Origin: an uncultured Methanomicrobiales archaeon
Lineage (GTDB): Archaea; Halobacteriota; Methanomicrobia; Methanomicrobiales; Methanospirillaceae
DNA: 64,000 nt
NCBI GenBank assembly: GCA_963758915.1
Contig: CAVWXH010000008.1
Location: forward strand, 1-64,000
Direction of reading: 5' to 3'
This document shows, piece after piece, positions 1 to 9,598 of the stretch. How positions within the stretch are numbered: the stretch's first letter is position 1; every line of letters starts with the position of its first letter. The notes beneath the pieces are model-generated. The model was given only the letters and a program-made list of their open reading frames with translations, was not told the origin of the DNA and searched no databases. Both the position numbers and the translations under genes were made by a program.

Positions 1-413
1 CGTGGCATGCATTGAGTGATGATGCGACACTTGTGATACCCGACGGTCAAGGGGGGTACTTTGCCCACCCCTGGCCCACGTGGAGCCGGTTTTTTGACAA
101 CGGTCCTGGAGGGAACTGGATTGTAGGAAAAGCGGTCCCATTATCAGCACTCTTTTTCCTGCACCAGTCGCCCGAAGACTGGACCGAGCCGGTGAATATG
201 ACCCAGTCCACGGCATGGCTGGTAGAGTCCACGCATCAGGTGAGACGGGACCGCAGATGCGTTCAGGGCAGGAGCCGTCGGTTGCGAAGGAGATCTATGC
301 GCTGGAAGGGTAGGGCAGCAGAGCGTCTGGCAGGTTCCATCCCGGTTCATCTCCTGCATATCAGCCTTACCGGGAAGTTCTGGGAGGAGATCGAACGAGT
401 GTTCCGGGGATAA
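1..413 (+). CDS. scmC: SynChlorMet cassette protein ScmC-like (HPr-kinase-related), 5'-truncated by window edge, probable internal frameshift
   Basis: Motifs SDDATLV, YFAHPWPTWS and VPLSALFFLHQS resemble the ScmC family C-terminal half. An Arg-rich stretch near 250-320 looks out of frame. Confidence 0.6.
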   Translation, partial: WHALSDDATLVIPDGQGGYFAHPWPTWSRFFDNGPGGNWIVGKAVPLSALFFLHQSPEDWTEPVNMTQSTAWLVESTHQVRRDRRCVQGRSRRLRRRSMRWKGRAAERLAGSIPVHLLHISLTGKFWEEIERVFRG

Positions 414-421
414 TACCAGGA

Positions 422-1145
422 CATGTACGTGAAGATCAGGTACTTCCCGGACAGAAGAGGATCTCCTTCCAACCCGGTATCCTCCGTATTTCGGTCCCGG
501 GCATATCCCTATTCTTTATACCGGGCCCAGTATGAATCCGGTCCTCTTTGAACAGGACCTGCTGGACGTGCTGCCCTATGGAACTCGTAAGGCCCGTGTT
601 GGCGACGTGATCTGTTTCCAGACGCCGGAAAGGCTGGTAGTCCACCGGGTCATCGGGACAGGCAGCGAAGGGGTCCGTACGCAGGGGGATAATAATTCCA
701 CTCCCGATCTCGTCTTCCAGCATCCTGACCATATCCTTGGTATGGTTGTTGCAGCATCCCGTGGGAGGCTGAACCGGAATATCCCCGGGGGGACCCATGG
801 GAGAATGATACGTATGTATGTCCGCATGCGAAAACAGGTAATTATAATGTCAGGATTACTCCTGGAAATCGCACAACCGGTACTTTCGGTCAGCCGGAGT
901 GGTAAACCGGGCTGTTCCCGGGATTAACCCCCGTGTTATTCTTTTTGCTACGCGGAATTTACGGATCCTCCGGGTATATATCGGTCCTCACCTCGCCGGT
1001 GAATATGATAGCCGGAAGAAATATATGGTCAATGTTGTTTCCCTTCCAGTTTGTTGTTGATAAAAATCATCTCCCTACCATTGACCCGCCCAGCAGGCCG
1101 GACTTTGCGCTTCCTCAAATGGAGATCATTCAATCAGCCCGTTAA
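422..1145 (+). CDS. S26 signal peptidase I-like protein, split by frameshifts
   Basis: YTGPSMNP (catalytic Ser, just upstream of ORF 532), GDVICF, VVHRVI (His) and TQGDNN motifs. The C-terminal WSMLFPFQFVVDKNHLP continues in ORF 933..1145. Start position uncertain. Confidence 0.65.
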
Positions 1146-1442
1146 ACGGAATGAAACTCTCATACCTGGCTATTCGTTGTGAACTCCAGATAAATTGCAG
1201 GATTGAGGCCAAATTATTATATGCCCCCTTCCTGTCACTCATGCAGCAACTCCATATTCCTTTCAGCGTTCTACAGGGAACAATAATCCCCCCGTTTACA
1301 CGTTCCTGCGTCAAATGAATTCTCTCCATGTATTCGTAATTATTCTGAGTTATATGGTCCCGTCTTTCCTTATGTGAGCTCAGGAGAGGAATTCAGATAC
1401 GAATGGATATATCGGCGGGTTCCAGGTTAATTGTTCAACCTA

Positions 1443-4057
1443 TCAACTAACAGCCAACCCATTGATGACCGCTGCATCTGTCACACTAAATGTTATATTC
1501 CCTGGAATAAGCATATATGGTCCAAGTGGCCTTACAGCCCCATTTGGAACATCTGTCGCATACGGGAGAATAAACATCCCGTTTTCACTTTCCTGGCTGT
1601 ACTGAAACTTCCTCCCGGCATTTGTTTCAAGGTCGAGTGTTATAATTCCAGATCCATTCACCCTCGCACCTTTCACATATTCAAATATTTTTACCCTGTG
1701 CATGGTTTCGGAGCCTGGTATCGTTTCAGGTGATTCGTAGAGAAGGCGGAAATGCCTTAATGCTGGCAGCGTCGTTGAGGGATGAGTATAATTCCTGGCT
1801 GAGCAGGGCGGTGTTCACACCTGGAACCAACCCGCCTGCACGCGATGTAATATATGAGTCAGCATCATTCCATTGAATCTCCTTCATGAACCGGATTGTG
1901 GGATTATTAGTTGTACCCGAAGTGTTTTGGTATTCTACATAGGCAACACCTGCAGGTTCGGTCCGGGACCCGTCAAAGAGCTGGAGACGGGAGACCATGG
2001 TGTTAAAGTACGCCGGAGTCAGGAACTGCATTGTCTGAATTTCACGGGTGCCGATTCTTGGAGCGGTCTTCATGGTGACGATGTAGGGGGATGTCCTGAT
2101 GATACTGTTATTCCACATCGCAATCGCCCAGAATTTTGTTGTGGCCATCGGGTAATCGGTGATCACATACCGTGACCCGCGGATATTGAGTATTTTCATC
2201 GCGTTCGTTTCATTCCCGGACATAAAGAACGCCGCACCACCGGTACCGCCCTGCACCCCGGACTGGAAGGGGTTGGTGTTCGGGATGCGGTGTGCAAAAT
2301 ACGTTACCATGTGCCCGTAATCCCACCATGACATCACACCGTACGCCTCACCCGGATATTTGAACCCTTCCCGGGGGTAATTTTGATAATAATCAATGCC
2401 CGGGTCAGGACTGTTGGACCCCAGCCATGTCAGGGCGTCTATCCACCCCTCCTGCGGTTTCACCGGCTGTTTATGGAGGTCACTCCACAGTGATGCGCCA
2501 ATAAACCCGGCACTGAATATAATGGCACCGATGACCAGCAGCTCTTTCCATTCATTCTTTTGCCCGGTCCTTCGTGGGTCGGTTTTATTGGTCTTTTTTG
2601 CTTTCTTACCCGGAATTTCTTTTTTTATAATTTTTTCCGGTGGTCTGTCCGTTGATATCTCTCCTGTTGCCGGTTTTCCTGTACTCTATCGCGGAACTGA
2701 CAAAAAATCCCGAGATTACTGCAAACGGGGCAGCAAGCAGGTACTCGTACCTGGCATGCTGGATCGAAAGGACAAGGATGAGCACCCCCCATACCAGGCA
2801 GAGAAGGTCTGAAGGTCGTTTTTCCTTCCACACCTTCAGGAACAAAAAGACAAATCCACCAGCCAGGAGCAACAGGCCAATATTGTATATGGACCATAAC
2901 GTGGCTGGGTCCAATGGGAGGGACTCGACAATAGCCACGCTGTAGACCTTCTGTCCCAGCCCTTCCATAAGTCCGTCAACGGCGGTGAAAAACAGGGACG
3001 GGAGAAGTAGTGCAGTTGCAACCAGGGTCCCTGCCAGCACGGTACCCACTACCGCAGGGTAGAGTATAAACGGTCGTTTCCGGAGAATTATGCCCAGCAG
3101 ATAGAGCGCCAGTGTTGAGATGATAATAAACAGGAAGGCAGCAGCGTGCCCGAGAGAATAACCTACGAGCGAAAAGCTCCCACCCTCCCGGAGGAAGAGC
3201 AACGAACCTGCAAGGGCGATCCCGAACACCACCGAGTTCACGATGACAAGGTACCGCAAGTCCCGGCCGGCATGGAAATCAACCATTGCCTGTGCGGTGG
3301 TGAACACAATCGCAACCAACGCGAAAATGATTATCGTGAACATATTCAGGTAACCAATAACGTACATTATCCCGCACAATGAGCAGGCAGCGAGCATTTT
3401 TGTGATATCAGTTGCATTTCCAGGTTTACTTCCGGATGATGCTGCGAGCTGTAGTGCCACGATATAGGTGAGGATGAATGCGCAGCCGAACAGTGCCTCT
3501 GCCACGTGGTGGTCGATAATGCCAAACGATGACACGTCAAAAAAATTTCCCGGCATGACCGCAAGAAAGAGTGCTGCAATAATACCGCAGAGACGGTTGT
3601 GGAGTCTTACGCCGATCAGGTAGACAAGGGGAATTAATATGACCGCGAGCAGGGGTGGGATAAGGACTGCGACGGATACAATTTCCTGTCTGGTCGTTGC
3701 GTCTGCCACCAGGCAGGCCATGGTGACGATAAAAGGAAAAACCGGCCCCCACTGGATGTTCGCCCCTGCCGGGAAGAATGTCATCGGGTCAAAGAAGTTG
3801 TAAGAAGGAAAGTTCGCCTGCATCAGTTCGACCTGCCGGAGGAGATAGAGCGAGTCATAAGGGTCGATATGGTGAAGAAGATCCCCCTGGAGTGAAAGGA
3901 GTGGAAGGACCCGCAGGAAAAAAGAGCAGCAACAGAACAGGATTAACAGGGCTATCGTGATGCGGTTGCTGGATATGACAAGATTATAGAATTTCGTGAC
4001 AATTCCGACTGCATCCCTGGATTTCATTCTTAATAGTATTCGTATGCCACGATTCAC
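1443..4057 (-). pseudogene. aglB: Oligosaccharyltransferase AglB/STT3, in three frameshifted pieces (4057-2606, 2463-1726, 1703-1443)
   Basis: Multi-TM N-terminus with DPYD and DHHVAE, then WWDYG, NPFQ, DYPMATTKFWAI and C-terminal VKIFEYVKGA. The breaks may be assembly errors. Confidence 0.85.
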
Positions 4058-4342
4058 TTAAAATATCGCCTGTTCATTCATTCACTGCGCAATATCCGGT
4101 TATCCACGTTCACTCATCGTGAGAATCCATTTCTTCCTGGCGTTTGATGAACATATTGTAGCGGGTATTGGATGATAACCGGAGCAGGTTGGTAACTATT
4201 TTATTTCATTATCAAGCCGAGGTGGATTATACACGAATTCAGGCTGATAGGCAGGCGATCGGGAAATCATCTTGGAATATTTGCGGGTAAAAATCAGATT
4301 AAAAATAGCAGAAGACAAAAAAATTATGCCTCGAAATTATCG

Positions 4343-4627
4343 TTACCACAGGTCCTTTTGGACGAATTCCAAAGCCGCAACACAGCACCGATAATAGGCA
4401 TACATCAGGGTTACATGCGGTGTCCCACCGCTACCAGTATTCTGGCATATCCCAATTGCAGAATTTCCGCTTTCATTGCAACCTTCCCGTCCACTGGCAT
4501 TATTTCGCATTCGCTAAGAAGCTTCCGGGTCTCCCGAACCTGTGGAGATACAATCCCCTGCACCCCGCTTGAGATCGGTGATCCTTACCACACATGGAGG
4601 AGTATATACCGCTCGCGAATCGTTCAC
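4343..4627 (-). pseudogene. Putative RiPP precursor peptide (ScmA-like), interrupted by an in-frame TAG at 4516-4514
   Basis: Manual translation from GTG 4627: MNDSRAVYTPPCVVRITDLKRGAGDCISTGSGDPEAS*RMRNNASGREGCNESGNSAIGICQNTGSGGTP. It has a YxPP leader and repeated C-x3-G-[SN] cores, and is absent from the ORF track. Confidence 0.55.
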
Positions 4628-4821
4628 ACCATTTTTCTTTGAGGCATCCATTTAAATCAAAGTGCGATATACCCATGATATTATATAATCTCTCGTTTCC
4701 TCAACGGGATGAAAAAGTAACGATTAGGATCACCCCCCTAAAAAGCCGTCAGCAGGCGATTGTTAATGGGGCCATATTGCAAAAGAAACCAATTTCACAA
4801 TTACGAAAAGAACAAGGGATT

Positions 4822-4839
4822 AAAGGGGTGAACCCCTTT
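4822..4839 (-). terminator. Hairpin downstream of the sheath-like gene
   Basis: AAAGGGG-TGAA-CCCCTTT inverted repeat ~28 bp after the stop at 4867, followed on the minus strand by a pyrimidine-rich tract. Confidence 0.5.
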
Positions 4840-4866
4840 CATCTGCCTTTTCTACAAGAAATTTGC

Positions 4867-5983
4867 TTAATAGAGGATGAATCCTGACTGGTAAGCCATG
4901 GTCTTACTGAAGCTGTTGATTGAGCCGGATGCCGTGGTGGACTCTTTGTATACGAGAGTCTCTGCCTGGGCGGTGTTGTTGCGTGCTTCCTTGAGGTTAA
5001 CACTTACCCATGCGTTTGCACTGCCCTTCATTGGGAGTGTTGTCGACCCGTAGGTCAGGCCCTTGGCTGCAATGCTGTAGCCCATGGTGACTGGGAAGTC
5101 AGATGCTGCGCCAACAAAGCTTTCTTTAGCCTGTGTGACGGTTGAGGTCAGTGAAGTGTCGATCTTGCTGCCCATTGCTACATAGTTACAGTACTCTGGG
5201 ACTGTTGCGGATGTTGCAGTTGCGAACGGACACATGTACACTGGTAGCGGTATTGCGGGCCATTGCTGCGCCATCGAGGACTAAGGTCTCTTCGCGGACT
5301 GCACGTCCGGTTCCTTCTGCTGCGTCAAACTGCAGGTTTGCGTCCATCTTGACGTTCTGCTGGCTTCCGACCTGGTTTGCAGTTGAAATTGCTGCATCCT
5401 TCTTCCAGGTGGTAAAGCCGTCGACTGCACTCAGCTTGTCGTCGTAGGTTGTGATGTACTGTACCTGGCCGGGGTCAAGGACTCCGTCGTGGATACCTTT
5501 TCCGGTAAGAATCGGGCCGTAATGATTACGATAGAATCTGCATCATACTATTCTGCCAGGTCACCGGACAGGGAATCCCAGGTAACAGGCATCCATTCAG
5601 GAGTGATTGTGGTACATTAAATTGCGTAACATTGAGATCACCTCGTTGACCAATCTGGGACTCCCACTATGGATCCTCCAGCGGAATTGTAACTGATGCA
5701 GTATTGATCAAGGTAAATCTTCGTGCTGTTACCGTATTAATAGCCAACCCGATGTCGTACGGAAACTATGCAGGTGTAGAGAAAACAGTGGATCATTCGT
5801 CAATACCCATGCGAGACTGTCTGTCTCAGATACCGTTCCTACTGCATCAATGAATGTGGCGGTACTAACAACCTGTATTTCAGGGGTTTGACTTACCCTG
5901 CCGTCGGCCATTACAGAGCCGGTTAATGCAATGACCATTCCGAATAACAGGAACGCAATTACTCCAAATTTAATGTGCTTCAA
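4867..5983 (-). CDS. Secreted sheath-protein-like structural protein (Methanospirillum MspA/SH-like), frameshifted
   Basis: GGGGTG RBS and TTG start, signal peptide LKHIKFGVIAFLLFGMVIALTGSVMA, then TPEIQ, WVLTNDP, GIHDGVLDPGQVQY, LVLDGA, MCPFA-x7-PEYCN and C-terminal AYQSG. Frameshifts at ~5530-5780 and ~5240. Confidence 0.65.
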
Positions 5984-6231
5984 ATCATCCACCCCGATAG
6001 AATTGGAGGATGCACCAAAACTAACCCCCCGATATTTTGCGTTGGAGCATATGGAGCAATAAATGTATCGTTTTCTGCGCTCGTTGCATCGCAACAATAC
6101 CGGACTTTAGTTACGGTGCCGTAATTTTCTCTCTTGAAATATTCAGTCTTATGAAATTAAGTTTGAAAAAAGTGTGACTGGAAAAAAGAACCGATTATCG
6201 GTGATAATTATTGTATGAAAACGACTCAGTT

Positions 6232-6543
6232 TTAATCGTACTGTCGCCATGTGTGGTTGCACTGGCAGCAACGGAAAAACCGTACCTCGCTTTCATCCGC
6301 TGCCCTTAACTGCCTCAGCCACCAGAATGCAAGATTATTCTCGCACTTCGGGCATTTTATCTGGATAGTGGGGAGCGTCGGGAATGAACCGTCATCTTCG
6401 ACAATGACTATCTCCTTCTCGCTTCTCATTGTTTTCTTCTGCAGCTGATCATTATCAGATATTTTCCGGATATAACCGCATTTCCGGCATTTCAGCTGGC
6501 CTGCAGAAGCCATAAGAATACTCTTGCACTCAGGACAGAACAT
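6232..6543 (-). CDS. tfs: Transcription factor S (TFS/RpoM family)
   Basis: MFCPEC zinc ribbon and QLRAADESEVRFFRC TFIIS C-terminal motif. Confidence 0.95.
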   Translation of the reverse strand: MFCPECKSILMASAGQLKCRKCGYIRKISDNDQLQKKTMRSEKEIVIVEDDGSFPTLPTIQIKCPKCENNLAFWWLRQLRAADESEVRFFRCCQCNHTWRQYD

Positions 6544-6677
6544 CGTTTCATCATGCGCAGGCAAACAAGATTAATCCTTGTATCACCCCATAACTGCCAA
6601 ATATATCTGTAAAATACCTGGTGCTGACCTGTCACATCCGCATCCTTTTTTTAAGGAAAAAAATCAATATCAAAGGA

Positions 6678-7508
6678 ATGATTGAGTACCTTATCCTAAT
6701 ATCCTGCGTTTTTTTCCTGATCTTTCTGATCCCTACCCGGTACCGGCAGTACGCGGCTATCGTGGGATGGACGGGAATGGTACTCTTCCTCTTCGCCGAG
6801 ATCCCCTATTACCTGTCAATCAATAATTTCCTGTACCCGTTGCTTGCAGTTCTTTCGGTACCGTTCCTTGTTATTACTGTACAGTTGCTAATCAAATCAG
6901 AACTCCGCGTAATGCAGCTCTCAACAGCTGCCGCTGTAGCCTTCCTGATCTATGCGCCTTTTGAGTTTATTCCCGCGCTTGGTGACTGGTTGATCGCGGT
7001 GGTGGTCGGGCAGGTTTTCTTTGTATTAAATGCACTCGGCTATGATACCCTGCTGGTCGTGTGGGACATGTTTCAGCGGTACGGGTACCGGATCCAGATC
7101 ATTCTCGCCTGCACGGGGATCCAGGGTATTGCAATCATGCTCGGTGTAGCCTGTGCCGTCCCATCAGGCTGGCGGCAGAAAGTGCTGTCGTTCCTCCTTG
7201 TGGTACCGACCATCTATTTCCTGAATATTGCGAGGAATGTAGCGGTGATTATTGCCTATACCGAACAGTGGTTCCCCTACCTGCCCGAAATTGCAGGGAA
7301 CGGGGAAACCGGATATGAAAGCTTTTTCTGGGCCCACAATGTTATTGCCGAAGGGCTTGCACTGGTCCTGCTTATCGGTATTGCATATGGGTTATTCAGG
7401 ATCAACCCAGCCCTCGCTGAATTTGCGAGGGACCTGACCGGGGAATATTACCATGCAGTCTACAGGCTTGCAGGAAAGACTCCCCCTGCAGCCCCACCTG
7501 TGGCATAG
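6678..7508 (+). CDS. artA: Archaeosortase A
   Basis: Multi-TM protein with IILACTGIQ (catalytic Cys), NIARN and SFFWAHN motifs. Confidence 0.93.
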   Translation: MIEYLILISCVFFLIFLIPTRYRQYAAIVGWTGMVLFLFAEIPYYLSINNFLYPLLAVLSVPFLVITVQLLIKSELRVMQLSTAAAVAFLIYAPFEFIPALGDWLIAVVVGQVFFVLNALGYDTLLVVWDMFQRYGYRIQIILACTGIQGIAIMLGVACAVPSGWRQKVLSFLLVVPTIYFLNIARNVAVIIAYTEQWFPYLPEIAGNGETGYESFFWAHNVIAEGLALVLLIGIAYGLFRINPALAEFARDLTGEYYHAVYRLAGKTPPAAPPVA

Positions 7509-7670
7509 GTGGCAGGTATCAGCACCTGAAAGGGCGGTTTATATACCGCCTTTTCAACCTGCCGGATAACCGGGAGCGGAGCCCCGGGTGCATGGGCAAA
7601 TTTGGGAATACCCTGATCTCCAGGGCCGGTTTGAGATCATAGGAACAGAGCAAATACTTGCGTCTTTTTT

Positions 7671-8303
7671 TTAGGAATAGGTCTTGTGCAGGTAGAATAT
7701 CCTCTGGAGGGCCGAGAGGTTGGCACATATGGCGATTAGGATCACTGACAGCCAGATAAAGCCCGTTACGCCACCGAGAAGTATTACGAGCAGTGTTTCA
7801 GGTCTTCCGAAAAAGCCTACCCCTTCGAGAGGGTCTTCGATTTTCCCGTCAATGCGCTCTTTGAACCCGATTTCAGCATAGGTGACAGGTTTAATGAACG
7901 TATTCATGAGTGAGCCGATGATCGCGAGGGCAACAATTCCAAAGTCAACAGCCGGAGTCACTGGTATGAAACGCCCGATTATGGCAATCCCTGAAAGACC
8001 TATACCGAGGAGTACAAGTGCATCTACATATTTATCGACTATCCAGTCGAAAACCGCCCCGAATTTTGTCTGCCGACCGATTTTCCGTGCAACGCTGCCG
8101 TCAACCAGGTCGAGGAGTGCCGAAATGAAAAGAAACAGGCTGCCAATGACGAAATGGCGGTCAATGAAACATAATGCACAGGCAATCCCGAATATGAGGG
8201 ACAGGAGTGAAATCTGGTTCGGGGTAATCCCGGATTTAACAAATATATCTGCTACCGGCTCCAGGTACACGACAAATCTTGGCCTGAGCGCGGTAATGTT
8301 CAT
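7671..8303 (-). CDS. CDP-alcohol phosphatidyltransferase family protein
   Basis: ITPNQIS and DLVDGSVAR...GAVFDWIVD signature. Start reassigned to MNITALRP. Confidence 0.9.
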   Translation of the reverse strand: MNITALRPRFVVYLEPVADIFVKSGITPNQISLLSLIFGIACALCFIDRHFVIGSLFLFISALLDLVDGSVARKIGRQTKFGAVFDWIVDKYVDALVLLGIGLSGIAIIGRFIPVTPAVDFGIVALAIIGSLMNTFIKPVTYAEIGFKERIDGKIEDPLEGVGFFGRPETLLVILLGGVTGFIWLSVILIAICANLSALQRIFYLHKTYS

Positions 8304-8519
8304 GTCATAATACAGTTGGGATCTCAACATTAATACTTGTCCTTTCCCCCTGGCTCCGATGAAAAGAGGTGATTTCTGTTCCTTCCGTGGCACAACCGTC
8401 GTTCTTCTTTTTTGCGGTAAACGATAAAAACTGGAACCCGGATCTCCGGGATACACTTCCCATGATTCACTAACTTCTATTATCTTGCAGGTCGATAACT
8501 GGGACAAGAAGGACCAGGT

Positions 8520-9212
8520 ATGGCAGATTCGAGAGAACGACCCCAAATACTGATGATGTCCGAGATCACTGCGGATGGTAAGCTGACGCTTAAAAAAGGG
8601 AGTTCGAGCAAGATCCTCATGAAATATATGTCCCATGAGACTGAGCTCCTCCTCCACCGGACTCGTGCCGAATGCGATGCGATTATGGTCGGCTCAAATA
8701 CGATTAAAATTGACAACTCGTTCCTTACGGTGCGCTATGTCACCGGGAAAAGCCCGCTCCGTGTCATCCCGTGCAGTAATGCCGACATCCCCCTGACCTC
8801 AAATGTCCTTGGTGCCGGGGCGCCGACTGTTATCGGCGTATCCGGAAAGGCACCTGAAGACCGGGTACAGGCAATAAAAGAAAAAGGGGCCCGTGTGGTT
8901 GTAGCAGGTGAAGACAGGGTTGACCTTCCCCTCCTTATGCATGTCCTCTGGAAGGACTTTGGCGTCCGCCGCATGATGGTAGAGGGTGGGCCGACCCTGA
9001 ACTGGCACATGCTCCATCACCAACTGGTTGACGAGATACGGTTGATCCACCTTCCGTTCATTGTTGGCGGAGCGGATACCCCGTCACTGGTCGGGGGAAT
9101 GCATATAGAGTCCGAGGATGACATGATCCGGCTCGGGCTGAAAAATTTCTATCTCTGTGGGACCAACCTCGTTACCGAGTACGATGTAGAGTACCGGGTC
9201 CCCGCATTGTGA
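8520..9212 (+). CDS. RibD C-terminal domain reductase (archaeal pyrimidine reductase family)
   Basis: TADGK, DAIMVGSNT and MVEGGPTLN...VDEI motifs. Confidence 0.85.
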   Translation: MADSRERPQILMMSEITADGKLTLKKGSSSKILMKYMSHETELLLHRTRAECDAIMVGSNTIKIDNSFLTVRYVTGKSPLRVIPCSNADIPLTSNVLGAGAPTVIGVSGKAPEDRVQAIKEKGARVVVAGEDRVDLPLLMHVLWKDFGVRRMMVEGGPTLNWHMLHHQLVDEIRLIHLPFIVGGADTPSLVGGMHIESEDDMIRLGLKNFYLCGTNLVTEYDVEYRVPAL

Positions 9213-9317
9213 CATTTTTTAGAGTAATGCCATTTTTTTCTGGTATGAAAAACTCCGGGCGGCCTCCTGAAATGCCACCTTTTTCATGCTCATCTATGAG
9301 CCAAAAGGCTCATAGCA

Positions 9318-9581
9318 CGCTCTGTAAGAAATGCTATAGTAAATTCTAACGATTTCTGGTTGTTCTGAATTTAAACTACGCTCCCGGGGCTCATGGCCCG
9401 CCGCTTTGGCGACCCCGGTTGGGATGGAGACCATCCCCCAATACTCTGAATTTAATGAGCCTTCGCCGAAACCCTGCCCGAAGAATATCTTAACGGGGGT
9501 GGGCAGTGAGGGGGTGAAACCCTCTCCTGTCTTCATATTTCCCTCTTATTTTTTATGACCCCGAAAGGTTTCAACAAAGCC
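9318..9581 (-). mobile_element. MITE-like repeat copy 1
   Basis: Reverse complement of the ~260-bp repeat. Intact TIR TTTCAACAAAGCC at 9569-9581, degenerate TIR at ~9318. Lies 17 bp past the truD stop. Confidence 0.85.
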
Positions 9582-9598
9582 CCATTTTTATATCATTG

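Noticed and set aside
1126-1329. 67-aa minus-strand ORF as a second precursor peptide
   Set aside because: No YxxP leader or Cys-x3-Gly repeats, and composition looks non-coding.
4514-4516. In-frame TAG read as pyrrolysine
   Set aside because: No pyl genes in the window, Methanomicrobiales generally lack Pyl, and the region is error-rich, so mutation or sequencing error is more likely.
7671-8657. 328-aa version of the CDP-alcohol phosphatidyltransferase
   Set aside because: The N-terminal extension overlaps the divergent RibD-like gene. The family domain begins at ATG 8303.
9294-9536. ORFs within repeat copies (9294-9536, 40461-40676, 55818-56177)
   Set aside because: Frames are not conserved between copies, the start codon varies (ATG vs ACG) and there are no transposase motifs, so they are treated as spurious.
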